Source of the DNA: Bdellovibrionales bacterium | GTDB taxonomy: Bacteria; Bdellovibrionota; Bdellovibrionia; Bdellovibrionales; UBA1609 | Assembly: GCA_965219095.1 (NCBI GenBank) | Contig: CBDCMT010000001.1 | Span: forward strand, 1,344,001-1,408,000 | Reading direction: 5' to 3' | DNA length: 64,000 nucleotides | In this document: positions 31,304 to 43,133 of the stretch, piece by piece | Position numbering within the stretch: position 1 is the stretch's first letter | Layout: every line of letters starts with the position of its first letter | The notes under the pieces: generated by a model | Told to the model about the DNA's origin: nothing | The model's input: the letters and a program-made list of their open reading frames with translations, nothing else | Database searches by the model: none | Made by a program: the position numbers and the translations under genes

Positions 31304-32320
31304 CTAAGGTGAAACTTTCTGATCCCAGATTTTTAGAGTCTCAAAAGCCGATTGAATGTAGGCTAAAACGCCTTCGCTTTCACAGTTTATAGGAGAGGCA
31401 AAGTACAGATTCTCAGGAGTTTGAAGTTCTGAAATTCTTCCATAACTATGGGGTTTCAAGCACAGAAATTCTTTTGAAACACTTTTATACCACTCAGGTT
31501 TTATTTTTTGAACCATAACTTTTATTTTTTTTAAATGCCCTACTACAGAGTCAGGCTCCGTATCTTCCACAACACTAAGCCACTGGGATGTTTGATGATC
31601 CCTAAATTTTACCATAGCAAACACCTCAGGATGAGAGGACTTCAAAGAACTCAGTAAATAAAACAGATCGTGAGGGTTTTCCTGAAGCGGGACTTTGTGA
31701 CTCCAATTAAAATACAAAAGAGATAGGATAGAAAAGGGATTAGGAGATCGAATATGAGGCATAAGTTGTTTTAGACGTTCTAAGGAGCTTGTCCAAAACA
31801 CATATTTAGAAACAATTTTTTTCTCATTGAGAGAAAAAGAAAAGCTTTTGTCTGGTTTTTCTTGAAGGGAGGTGATTTGAGCTCTCAACTTCTTTTTTCC
31901 TTGAAAAAACTGTTTTGTCTTCTCTAACCAATAAGAGGGGAAGCTCTGTAAAGTTAAAGCACGAGGTTTAAGAAAAAAATCATACAAAAAAACTGATGAA
32001 GACTTCCATAAAAAAGGCTTTACATCTTTACTCACTCGTTCCATAGCCCAATGGTTTAAACTATGAGAGCCTGTGTGAAGAGGTTCATCGAGCAATTCTT
32101 CAAGCCAAGGCAAAAGGTAACGGGCTTCAGGAGTTTCAGGTAGAAATTCACAAAACAATTCCATTTGAGAAGAATTATCAAAATGACCTAAAGACAACTC
32201 TTCTTCATAAAGCCATAAAGTTTTAAGACCTTTTCTCTGACACTCTAAGGCAATAAGTCCTGAAGACAAATCATTTCCTACAACAAAGGCTTCATAAAAG
32301 GAAGGGGCTAGATTCTCCAT
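31304..32320 (-). CDS. Hypothetical protein, degenerate Rossmann-like N-terminus
   Basis: 338-aa ORF; VVGNDLSSGLIALECQRKGLKTLWL. Confidence 0.7.
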   Translation of the reverse strand: MENLAPSFYEAFVVGNDLSSGLIALECQRKGLKTLWLYEEELSLGHFDNSSQMELFCEFLPETPEARYLLPWLEELLDEPLHTGSHSLNHWAMERVSKDVKPFLWKSSSVFLYDFFLKPRALTLQSFPSYWLEKTKQFFQGKKKLRAQITSLQEKPDKSFSFSLNEKKIVSKYVFWTSSLERLKQLMPHIRSPNPFSILSLLYFNWSHKVPLQENPHDLFYLLSSLKSSHPEVFAMVKFRDHQTSQWLSVVEDTEPDSVVGHLKKIKVMVQKIKPEWYKSVSKEFLCLKPHSYGRISELQTPENLYFASPINCESEGVLAYIQSAFETLKIWDQKVSP

Positions 32321-32486
32321 AAGTTCATTGTGGCATAGCTTTTTTTAAAGTTCTATTGCGTTGAAAAAACCCCCTTGACTTAAGTAAAGACAAGTTCTTG
32401 AAATATACTCATATGGATGACCAGGTTTTTTTCTGCTTAGCATCAGGACAAAAATATAAGAACAGGGCATAAAGAAAGAGAGGCTA

Positions 32487-34226
32487 ATGATAAGAGTTCT
32501 TATAGGCCATAGAGGTGCAGGGAAAACAAGTTTCCTAAAAAAGCTTTTAAAAGAAAACCCTCATCTCTTAGGTTTTGATTTAGATGAAGAGATCGAAAAA
32601 GAAATTTCTATTGAAAGTTTTTTCTTAAAGCATAAAGAACACGAGTTTAGAAAAAAAGAACAAGAAGTTTTTAAAGCTCTTGCTGTTAACAAACCTGATA
32701 TTATTTGTTTAGGGGCAGGCTTTGATTTAAGCTCCCTTAGTTCTGACTTTGAAATCCTTTGGATCAGAAGAGAAAGTGATAAGGAGTATCGTATTTTCTT
32801 TGATAGGCCTCGTCTCAAACCTCAGCTATCAGCTCTTGAAGAATCAAAAGCTCTTTTTTTAGAAAGAAACTCATACTACAAGAAAAAAGCTCATAGAGTT
32901 TTGACTCTTCCCGAAGGACAAAAGGGATTTAAAGCATCTGAGTTTTTGCAACCTAAAGATTTTTCTTCCCTCTCTACTACAGTGTTAGATAAAAAAGAAT
33001 CTAAAGCATTTTCAAAAAATAATTTTAAATTTTTAGAACTGCGAAGTGATTTGTTTAAAGACTCAACCGAAAAGGAATTAAAAGAACTTCTCTCATTCAT
33101 TGATGAGACAAAAAGACTTCTTAGTTTTCGCTCCCAAGATCATTTAGATTTCCTAGCCTCTCAGAAAGGTGCAAAAGATTGGCCTTTAGAATTAAAAAAT
33201 CCTCCCTCTTCAATAAAAGTTGACATTTTCTCCCTTCATGAAAGCTCTTCTATGGAAGAAGCAATTAAAAAATTAAACTCATTAAATTTACAAGAAAATC
33301 AGCACATAAAACTTGCTGTTGAAGTTAGAAGCTTTAAAGATCTAAAGAAAGGACATCTTTGGCAACAAGCTCAACCTAAGAGACGATCGTTTTTACCTCG
33401 TTCACAGTCTGGACGTTGGAGGTGGTATAGAGTTTTTATGCAAAAAAAACAGAAACTAAATTTTTTCAGAGCAGGAGAATCAAATTTTTTAGACCAACCT
33501 TTTTTCTTTGAATTGAGAGAAAAACCTTTTTTTCTTTTTGCTGCTATTTTAGGAAACCCTGTGGAACACAGCCTTACACCTTCTGAACATAAAAGCTTTT
33601 TTGAAACATTTAACCAGCCTGTTTTAACGATTCCTATGAATAAAGAAGAAGCCTCTTATGAAAGTTTCAAGTTTTTAAAGTCTCTAGGTTTAAGGGCTTG
33701 TGCCATAACCTCTCCTTTAAAGAAAAAAGTCTATAGGCTTTTTCCCCATGACAATAACGAAGGATCTTACAACACCCTGTTTTTAAGAAAAAACAAAATC
33801 GTTGGAGGTAATACAGACATTGATGGATTTCGATGGATATTTAACACCCTTCCACAAAACACAAAAGAGGTTGTTTTATGGGGAGGAGGGGGTGTAATAG
33901 AACCTTTTAAAAAAGTTTTTTCTCAAGGCCTTGTTTATTCTTCCAAAAAAGGAGAACCTAAAAAAAACTCTTCACCAGCTTACAGGCCTGATGTTCTCAT
34001 TTGGGCTGTTCCCCCTCACAGACCCTTTCAAAAACCACCATCATTTTGGAAATTCAAAGCAATTTTTGATCTCAACTACAAGCACAACTCTTTTGCAAAA
34101 CAATTAGCCCTTCAAACAAAAGCTGACTATTTTTCTGGACACAAATTTTTTGAAAAACAAGCCTTAGAACAAAGAAAATTCTGGAAGCCTTTGATCCATA
34201 AGGAAGGATTTTCATCTGAAAGTTAA
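32487..34226 (+). CDS. Shikimate kinase / dehydroquinase-like / shikimate dehydrogenase fusion
   Basis: GHRGAGKT and DLD..FR (AroK); ELR.D, SLH, KLA (type I AroD-like); GNPVEHSLTP, TSPLK, NTD, DLNY (AroE). Confidence 0.8.
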   Translation: MIRVLIGHRGAGKTSFLKKLLKENPHLLGFDLDEEIEKEISIESFFLKHKEHEFRKKEQEVFKALAVNKPDIICLGAGFDLSSLSSDFEILWIRRESDKEYRIFFDRPRLKPQLSALEESKALFLERNSYYKKKAHRVLTLPEGQKGFKASEFLQPKDFSSLSTTVLDKKESKAFSKNNFKFLELRSDLFKDSTEKELKELLSFIDETKRLLSFRSQDHLDFLASQKGAKDWPLELKNPPSSIKVDIFSLHESSSMEEAIKKLNSLNLQENQHIKLAVEVRSFKDLKKGHLWQQAQPKRRSFLPRSQSGRWRWYRVFMQKKQKLNFFRAGESNFLDQPFFFELREKPFFLFAAILGNPVEHSLTPSEHKSFFETFNQPVLTIPMNKEEASYESFKFLKSLGLRACAITSPLKKKVYRLFPHDNNEGSYNTLFLRKNKIVGGNTDIDGFRWIFNTLPQNTKEVVLWGGGGVIEPFKKVFSQGLVYSSKKGEPKKNSSPAYRPDVLIWAVPPHRPFQKPPSFWKFKAIFDLNYKHNSFAKQLALQTKADYFSGHKFFEKQALEQRKFWKPLIHKEGFSSES

Positions 34227-34926
34227 GCTTTGTTGAATGAATACCTCCATCAGCATACAAGCTTATTCATGAGTTCAGAGGTAGGCTAAAATTATATACT
34301 GCTTTAAATTTTGGCTCCTCCCGGGAATCTGTGGGTGAAAAGTAGCTAGAAATCCCCCAAAAAGGCTCATATTAATCAAAGCAAGAGTAAGACATTCTAT
34401 CTTGTATTTTTGAGTTCTTTGAGGCCCTTACTGGCCTCTATCACCTCCGGTGATTGAACTCAAAAACATTCATTTTATTTGCTTTTATTTGCTGTGTTAC
34501 ATTAAAATTTTAAAAAAGAAGCACCTACTTCCCAGATGCCTTAAAATGTTATTCAAAAAAAAAAAGGAGGGAAGAGATGCTTTTGAAGACTATACTAAAT
34601 GATTGTTTAAGATGGAAGTCTTTTGTGTACGGAGACATTTATTTTTCAAAAGATAGAAAGTCAATTAATGTTCCTATTAAGGCTCATAAAAATGGCCAAG
34701 CTTTTTGTAGTGTTTGTAAGAAGCCCTGTTCAGTGTATGACAGCAGTAAATCATCACGGGACTTTGAATCCCTTCTTATTTTAAGTTACAGGGTGTTTTT
34801 TGTTTATTTTGTAAGAAGAGTTAATTGTCCTTGCTGTGGGGTAAAAGTTGAACATTTACCTTGGGCAGATGGGAAGAAAAACCGTAACTCGGTTGTATGA
34901 CCGCCCTATCCAAGATTAAATTTTTC

Positions 34927-36283
34927 GCCTCCTCAAAAGAATCTGTGGGTTCCCGGAGGTTCTGGCAGTTTTCCAAGGTTATGATATAAGGCGATTTTTA
35001 TAGCTTTAGAGGTTCTAAAGCCGTAAGATTTTCTCATAGTGAGTTTTACTTTGTTGTTTAAACCCTCTACAATCCCTGAGGAGAAGGTTTTTTTAGCCTT
35101 GAAGTAATTAAGAATAAGTAGCTTATGTCTTCGTATGGTTTTTGCTTCTCTTTTCATAGGTTCAATTTTTGAAAGCATGACTCGTCTCGTCCAACTGTCT
35201 ATAAATTTACCAGCCCAAGTTGGTGAAACATAGGTCCATAACTGTCGGAAGTCTTCTTTTAAAAGATAACAGCGGATACTTTTTAAATTGTACTGTATTA
35301 AATGCCTTAATTTTACTTTTTCATAAGATTTTAAATTTTCTGCATTTTTTAACAAGGGCCATCTAGCTTTTGTTAAAAGGGGTTCATACCCATCTTCTTT
35401 ATCTCTTTTGACTTCTCTCTTAGTAAATCAAAGAATTTTCTAAAACTCTTTTCTGTTCTTTTTTCTCCTATCCACAACAAGCGTACACGGGTTTTGCTTA
35501 TTTCATAGACTAAGGTGAGATACTGATGGTTCTTTTTCCATTGTATTTCATCTACACCTATAGCTTGTATTCCCTTTAAAACCCTTTGTTTTAAACCATA
35601 TTCTACGACCCATTCTACCGAAGCATAGACCTGATTCCAACTGACCTGAAACTTACAAGAAACCTCTTTCCAAGACAGGTGACGACACCAGTCTGCTAAA
35701 TACTTCATGTAAAAGATCGTTAAACTCTTCTTACCATCGGCCCAAGGTAAATGTTCAACTTTTACCCCACAGCAAGGACAATTAACTCTTCTTACAAAAT
35801 AAACAAAAAACACCCTGTAACTTAAAATAGGAAGGGATTCAAAGTCCCGTGATGATTTACTGCTGTCATACACTGAACAGGGCTTCTTACAAACACTACA
35901 AAAAGCTTGGCCATTTTTACGAGCCTTAATAGGAACATTAATTGACTTTCTATCTTTTGAAAAATAAATGTCTCCGTATACAAAAGACTTCCATCTTAAA
36001 CAATCATTTAGTATAGTCTTCAAAAGCATCTCTTCCCTCCTTTTTTTTTTTTTTGAATAACATTTTAAGGCATCTGGGAAGTAGGTGCTTCTTTTTTAAA
36101 ATTTTAATGTAATACAGCAAATAAAAGAATGTTTTTGAGTTCAATCACCGGAGGTGATAGAGGCCAGTAAGGCCTCAAAGAACTCAAAAATACAAGATAG
36201 AATGTCTTACTCTTGCTTTGATTAATATGAGCCTTTTTGGGGGATTTCTACTACTTTTCACCCACAGATTCCCGGGAGGAGCC
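34927..36283 (-). mobile_element. ISL3 with internal deletion, nested in IS66
   Basis: IRs, 8-bp TSD AATTTTTC; deletion near 35400. Confidence 0.93.
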
Positions 36284-37300
36284 AATTTTTCTTATAAGTT
36301 TTTCTTAAGAGGAGGGATTTTATGGAAGAAGGGATTAATTTAAAAAAGAAGATACAGCTTTGTCGAGAGGAGAATTCCAACAAGAAGCTTATCCGCTACC
36401 CAGAAGCTCTTAAGAGAGAGATTCTAGATTTTTTGAAAGAGAGAAAGGTTTCTAAATTTTGTAAAGAGACAAAGGTCACCTCTTCCACGATCAATAACTG
36501 GAAGAAGTCTTATGTTTCAACAGTTTCTCACAAGAAGTCTCTTTTTAAGGCCGTTTCTTTGAAAAAGGAAAAGTCATGTGATGAAAGAGAAGGTCTTAGT
36601 CTTAAAGGGTCTAGATTGGGAAGAGGTTTTAGAGTTAGTGAGGAGTTTATGATCTTTTTATCTGAAGGCTACCGTATTTTTGTCTGCTCTCAAAAGATAG
36701 ACATGCGATGGAGTTTTGAGAGGTTAAGTTATCTGGTAAGAAGTGAGATGAAAGGAGAGATCAACTTGGGAGATCTTTATCTTTTTCTAGGTTTTAACAG
36801 AAAGAGATTAAAAGGGCTGTTCTATGATGGGAGTGGTCTTGTTTTACTAACAAAGAGGATGGAGAAAGAAAGGTTTATGAGTTTAAGTGATTTAAGTTCT
36901 CCCGAGTTAACAAGGAGTGAATTGAATCTTTTAGTTCATGGTTCGATTTTAAGAAAGTACGAGCTTAAGAAAAGATAATTTTTTTAGATTATTTTTTTAA
37001 ATTTTTTTTATTTTTTTTTAAAAAAAGCTTGCAAAACAAAAACAGACATGTTGACATTAATGTATGCAGATGAGTCTTTTTCCTTATTTAAAAAAAAGCG
37101 AAAACCCTGAATACAAACATCTTCCTTCATTTCTTCAAGAGGAAAAAGATCTGGAAAATGTAAAGTTGATTTCTAATGAACTCATTCACCTTTATAAAAA
37201 AGAAAATAATCTTTTAAAAAGAGAGTTAAATGAGCTTAAGAAGAAAAAGGCCAAAGAAGATCAATTAAAGCTTTTTAATGATGAGCTACTTAGTAAGTTC

Positions 37301-38831
37301 GTAACTGCTCACCTACATTGTTCAGTTATCCCTAACTTTAGACCTGTTTTAAGATAAAAGTCTTGCTCATATAGATTTTCTTTTAAATACTTTTTTCAAA
37401 TGACAATAAATAAGACCTCCATCAGAAATGAGATTGAAAATATAAGAAGTGACTTTGATAAGTTTGCAAAGAAAGGTTCTATGCCTACTGAGATTTCTGT
37501 GATTGTTGAATCTCTCTTTAAGGTTGTGAACATTCTGATTGTTGTGCTTTTAGAAAAACAGGTTCGAAAAAATTCCAGCAACAGCGGTCTTCCTCCTTCG
37601 CAAGATTTTAGTCGTCAAGGGAATCGTAATAAGAAGGCTAGGGAGAGTCAAAAAAAGGGCTCTAGGCTTATCAGTAAAGATACAAAACAGCGAGGAGACT
37701 GTCTCTCCCTCAGAGTGTTCTCAGTGTGGGATGTTTTTAAAGACAGCAGAGGTAAAAAGCCTTGAGAAGCGTAAAAAGATTGATATTTTTTATGAAATTC
37801 AGACCCATACTGTAACTTCTGAGGTTAAGGATTGTCCCTCATGTGGAGCTAGAAATAAAGGTCAATTCCCTAAAGGTATGAGTGGTCCTCTTCAGTATGG
37901 TATAGGCATTAGAGCTTCCATCATCAATTTCATTATAGTTCAGATGCTGTCTTTTAGAGCGTGTTGGGGAACATTACATGGGGCTTATAGGTCGAATGAT
38001 TTCTCCTGCAGTTATGTTGAGATACATTGCTGAATTAGGAGAGTTTCTTAAAAGTTGGGAAGAGCAGATGAAAGAAAAGATACTTGAATCAGAGGTCATT
38101 CATGTTGATGAGACCTCTATGAGGGTTAAGGGTAAAAACTACTGGATTCATACTTATAGTTCAGGAGAATTAGTCTTGCAGTTTCTCCACCTTTCAGGTG
38201 GAAGGGAAGCCATAAAAGATATTGGTCTCTTGGATAGATATGGAGGAGTGCTTGTGCATGATTGTTGGAGTCCTTACTTTTGTTATGATAAGATAACTCA
38301 TGCTTTGTGTGTGGCTCACCTTTTGAGAGAGCTTAAATTTATAGAAGAAAGCAATGGATTCAAATGGGCTACAAATCTCAAAAAACTTCTTAAAGAGACT
38401 GTGGAGTTAGTTCATAAAAAAGAGTCAAGAGTTCTGACTTAAAAAGAGTACGAAACTCTTCAGAGAAGGTATAGGAGTATTCTTACAAAAGGCTTAAAAG
38501 AGCTTCCAGAATTTCCTAAGAAAAATGGCAAGAAAGGACGAATAAAGCATACACAAGCTCAAAACCTTTGGCTGCGATTTAAAAAGTATGAAGCAGAAAT
38601 ACTGTGCTTTGCTAAAAGAAAGAACGTAGATCCTACTAATAACAGAACTGAAAGAGATCTAAGAATGACTAAAGTGAAAAAGAAAGTGTCAGGGTGTTTC
38701 AGAACAGAAGAAATGGCGAAATATTTTTGTCGTATTACCAGCTATGTTAAAACAATGAGAAATAGAGGGTATTCTTCTTTAGAAGCCATCTCTATGGCTT
38801 TAAATAAAAACTTACGAGAGTGAGCAGTTAC
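37301..38831 (+). mobile_element. Second single-ORF IS66 copy (pseudogene) nested in tnpC
   Basis: IR GTAACTGCTCAC, TSD GTAAGTTC, frameshifts and a TAA at 38440. Confidence 0.93.
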
Positions 38832-40150
38832 GTAAGTTCAAGAAAATAGTATTTGGAAAATCCAGTGAAAAAAGAAAACTATCTTCTCGTAGTAGAAAGA
38901 AGCTTAAAAAGACAATTCTTCTTGAATCTGAGAGTTTAGTTCCTGCTCCTAAAGAAGGGGAGGTGAAGGCCTTAAAAGAGATAAGAGTAGATCATAAGCT
39001 CACAGACGAAGAACTTTCTGATATAGCACAGCAGTATGGTTATCCTAAGGACAGTGAGTGGGAGGAATTAAAGATTCAAGACGTGTCAAAAGAGGTTGAT
39101 GTTCATGTAAGAAGCTATGTTAGAAAGACGCATCGTCTTTAGAAGTACCGTCTGAAGGCAAGCAAAGTGGGAGAAAAAGAGATCATAGTATCAGCTCCTG
39201 TTCCTAAGAAAATTGTTCCAGGATCTAAGTACTCCCCAAAATTTGCAATAGAAGTAGCGAGTCAAAAGTACTTGTATCACCTTCCTTTAGAGAGAGTAAG
39301 AAGAATGATGGAATCAGATGGTTTGAAGGTGAATTGTAGAACTCTTTATAATCTTTGTTATTTTGTGAGTTGTTATTTAGAGCCTGTGAGAGAAAAGATC
39401 AAAGAGGAACTTCTTAAACTAGACAGAACGATTCATATTGATGAAACTCCATGGCCTATTAATAATTCACATCAAAAGGACGGCTACATGTTTGTTATAA
39501 GTCATCAGGGAGGAAGTTTTTATTACTTTAGTGAGAGCCGTTCAGCCTGTTCTATTAAAAAACTCTTAGGCTCTTATAAGGGGCCTATTTTAACAGATGG
39601 ATACGTTAGTTATAAAACACACTTTAAGGGTGAAAAGGGAATTGATCTTGCTTTTTGTTGGTCTCAGTGATAAGAAAGTTTATTGACATAGAACAGAATT
39701 ACCCTGAGGAGTGTGGAAAAGTATTAAAGCTTATGGGGAAGATTTTTAAAGTTGAATCAAAGGCAAAAACTTATGAAGAGCTCAAAAGTTTAAGACAAAC
39801 AGAATCAAAGGATTTAGTTCTTTCTCTGCAAGATCTGTATTATAAACTTTATGGAGAAGCTCGTCCTGAGAGTGGGTTAAAAAAGGCTATTGATTATAGC
39901 TTTAATCACTGGGATGGCTTAAATTTATTCTTAGAAAATGAGAAAATTCCTATGACAAACAATGAAGCAGAAAGAACGATTCGACATTCTGTGATGGGAA
40001 GAAAGAACTTTCATGGGTCAAGGACTCAGAGAGGAGTTGAAACAGCATCAGTACTTTACAGTATTGTGGAAAGTTGTAAGAAGGTGGAATTAGATCCTAA
40101 GGACTATATTTTAATGGTTGTGGGAAACTCCCTCGATAAGATGCCTATTA

Positions 40151-41559
40151 TACCAATTACAGAAATTAATTCGACATTTTTATGTTCAAATTTAAAATTT
40201 TAAAATTGACTTAAGGAAAAGTTTCAATTAGGAGGCTTTAAAAAAGTTTTTTTTGAAGGGAGGTTGAGTTTTCATAAGATATGTTTATTTTATGTATATC
40301 TATTGTTGTGTGAATCGATTGATGGGTTAAAATAAGTGTAAAAAAGTGAGGTTAAGATGTAAAATGAAAAAAATCAGTTACGCAATTTAATTTATAGGTT
40401 CAAATTAATTTACAAGCTTGATTCATCTTGTTGTTTTGCCCAAGATCGAGTGCATAATTTTTTAATCCTGCCCTCCTGATCGCAAAAAGTATTCCAGGCC
40501 TCACAACAAGTATTCAGTATATGGTCATAGTTTTTAAAACATGCATTCGATAATTTGATCCTTCGTAATTGTTGCCAGACTTGTTCCATGGGATTTAATT
40601 CTGGACTATAAGGAGGTAAAGGCATCAGGGATAAATTCTTAGGAACTATCAAAGTCTCTGTGGTATGCCAACTGGCTCTGTCCATTAAAACAATTCCATG
40701 ATAGTTTTCTTGAATATTTTTAGATATCTCATCTAAGTGAATTTGCATCATCCCTGAATTACATTCCGGTAAAACCCAAGCACAGCCTTTATCTTTATCC
40801 GGACAAACTGCTCCAAAAATATAAGTAGATAAAAATTGTCTTTGTCTCACAACTCTAGGTCGTGTGCCTTTTCTTGCCCAAATCCTGCTTAAAGAACCTT
40901 GCTGGCCTATTCTGCATTCATCCTGCCACCAAATCTCTATTTTATTAGTCTGAATCTTTTCCTTTATTTTCTCCACCTCTTCTGGAAAATGTTCCTTAAA
41001 CTGTTCCATAGCTTCTTGTGAAGTTTTAGGATGAAGAGAACGACCACTGATCCATACAATATTAAGACGGTCTAAAAGAGCATAAACCCCAGAAAGAGAA
41101 TAGCAACAGTCAAATTCATTTGCTAAAAGTTCCTGTATTCCCTTTGCTCCTATGCTTCCTCCTTCTCTCTTGTCTTGAATTTCATCTAACTTGATTTTGA
41201 AGTTCTCTTCTTCTGTCACTGGTAAACGAGGCTTGCGCCCTCTGCCTTCTCGATCTATCAACCCCTCGTAATCAAAGTCTACAAAAAAAGACTGTAACCA
41301 GGATTTGATACTGTGACGGTGATAGAAAACTATACTTGCTGTTTCTTGAATCGATTTTCCTTCTTGCATATGCTGCAAAGCTTGGAGTTTTATCTTGATG
41401 TTGGCACTTCTTTCTACTTTGTAAGTAGCTAGAAAATCATACCCTTGAATTTGTGTAACTAAATCTTTTTTCGACACTCTAAAAATTTAACAGAGTTTGA
41501 TCAAAAAGCCAGGACGCTATGCGTTAAAAGAATGTCGAATTAATTTTTGGAAATGGTAT
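40151..41559 (-). mobile_element. IS630-family IS, intact transposase 40410-41477
   Basis: TA TSD, imperfect IRs, WQDECR, DRASWH, LPPYSPELNPMEQVW. Confidence 0.93.
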
Positions 41560-42426
41560 TAAAACGCCTTTTGAGTATACAAGTGAGCTTCGTTCTTAAA
41601 GAATAAAGCACAAAAAAAATCAAAATTACGAAAAAAAACTAAGAATTATTCTTTTAAGAACTTCTCTAATACTTTTGTAACAGGGAAGGCCTTAGGAAAA
41701 CGTCTTACAACACCGTTTTACAACAAGATCAATAAAAACTTCTCCTTTAAAATCTAAGAAATATCCTCCTCAGTAGAAGTCAAGGGCTGTTAAAAAACCG
41801 ACTTACGAAAAACCTAACAATTTTTTACATGAAGTACTTAGCAGACTGGTGTCGTCACCTGTCTTGGAAAGAGGTTTCTTGTAAGTTTCAGGTCAGTTGG
41901 AATCATGTCTATGCTTCGGTAGAATGGGTCGTAGAATATGGTTTAAAACAAAGGGTTTTAAAGGGAGTACAAGCTATAGGTGTAGATGAAATACAATGGA
42001 AAAAGAACCATCAGTATCTCACCTTAGTCTATGAAATAAGCAAAGAAAGTGTTCGTTTGCTATGGATAGGAGAAAAAAGAACAGAGGAGAGTTTCAACAA
42101 ACTCTTATCCTTAATTACTTCAAGGCTAAAAAAACCTTCTCCTCAGGGATTGTAGAGGGTTTAAACAACAAAGTAAAACTCACTATGAGAAAATCTTACG
42201 GCTTTAGAACCTCTAAAGCTATAAAAATTGCCTTATATCATAACCTTGGAAAACTGCCAGAACCTCCGGGAACCCACAGATTTTTTTGAGGAAGCATTCT
42301 TTCTTGATATGTCATTTTTGTTATCCTTTCTCCACCCTTTGGGGTGGTATTGTTTATTTAAAAGGGTAACCTCTTTTCATCTCTTTGACATTTCGAGACG
42401 TGTCAGATTAAGTTGCGACTATTACA

Positions 42427-42738
42427 GTTGAGGCAATCATTGGTCATATGAAAATAGATTCTCGTATGGGAAGGAACTTTTTATTAGGATCACAAGGGGA
42501 TGCTATTAATAGTCTTTTATCAGGAGCTTCTCAAAATTTTAGAAAGTTAATGCTAGAGGTTGCGTCTTTTTTCGTTTTTTTCACTGAAATGGCTTAAAAG
42601 GCCTGTACGCCTTCTTGAAAACTACTGTTTTGTTTAAGTTATGAAAAAATATTTAACCCTCTATAGTAGAAAGTAACAGGAATAAAGATCATACAGCATA
42701 AAAATCCTAGGCTTTTGTCAATTTTTCACGTTCGACTA
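42427..42738 (+). mobile_element. IS5-family right-end fragment
   Basis: Matches 54039-54349, ends CACGTTCGACTA. Confidence 0.9.
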
Positions 42739-42940
42739 AGTTATAGGCTGTGTCAAAAAATGATTTTTTCCTGAGCTTGAACGATTGAACAACCTTTTGC
42801 AGGAAACGGACTGTTATATGACAACTTATGTGACAACTTAGATTTTTTAACTCAATGGGTCATCAAGGTCAATTCATTGTTATTTTTACAATTCTTTTTG
42901 AAAATTATATGTCTACTTCTGTCCACTTCTGTCCACTTCA
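42737..42940 (+). repeat. Cassette promoter module copy A (others about 51244-51448, 54348-54544, 61562-61802)
   Basis: About 200-bp near-identical non-coding block with TGACAACTTA x2 (12-bp period) and GT(C/A)CACTTC(A/T)-type repeats x2-3 (10-bp period). Confidence 0.9.
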
Positions 42941-43133
42941 ATATGTTTGAAAAGCATCTATGAAAAAGTATAAGTACTTTAAGAAGGGAGGAGAATGGTT
43001 CTTAAATAACTGAAGCCAAAAGATAGGGATAAGAGTTCTTTAGCCTAAGTAAATAGAACTCAAAATAAATTAAATAACAGAAGGATGTTAACTTTTTAAG
43101 TTTCACATCTTTCATAGAACATAGGAGAAAAAT

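Larger units (their letters stand above)
34884..41806 (+). mobile_element. Three-gene IS66 (tnpA/tnpB fused at 36322-36978; tnpC pseudogene 37064-41599)
   Basis: IR GTAACTCGGTT/AACCGACTTAC, 8-bp TSD GAAAAACC, DMRWSF (TnpB), HIDETP, TDGY, TNNEAER (TnpC). Confidence 0.92.
34313..42295 (+). mobile_element. Outer ISL3 (34313-34883 + 41807-42295), split by IS66 and internally deleted
   Basis: Both ends present; the transposase resumes after the GAAAAACC duplication. Confidence 0.9.

Noticed and set aside
36322..36978. TnpB RNA-guided nuclease or a novel fusion protein
   Set aside because: IS66 TnpB is an unrelated accessory protein, and the fusion is explained by a lesion in tnpA
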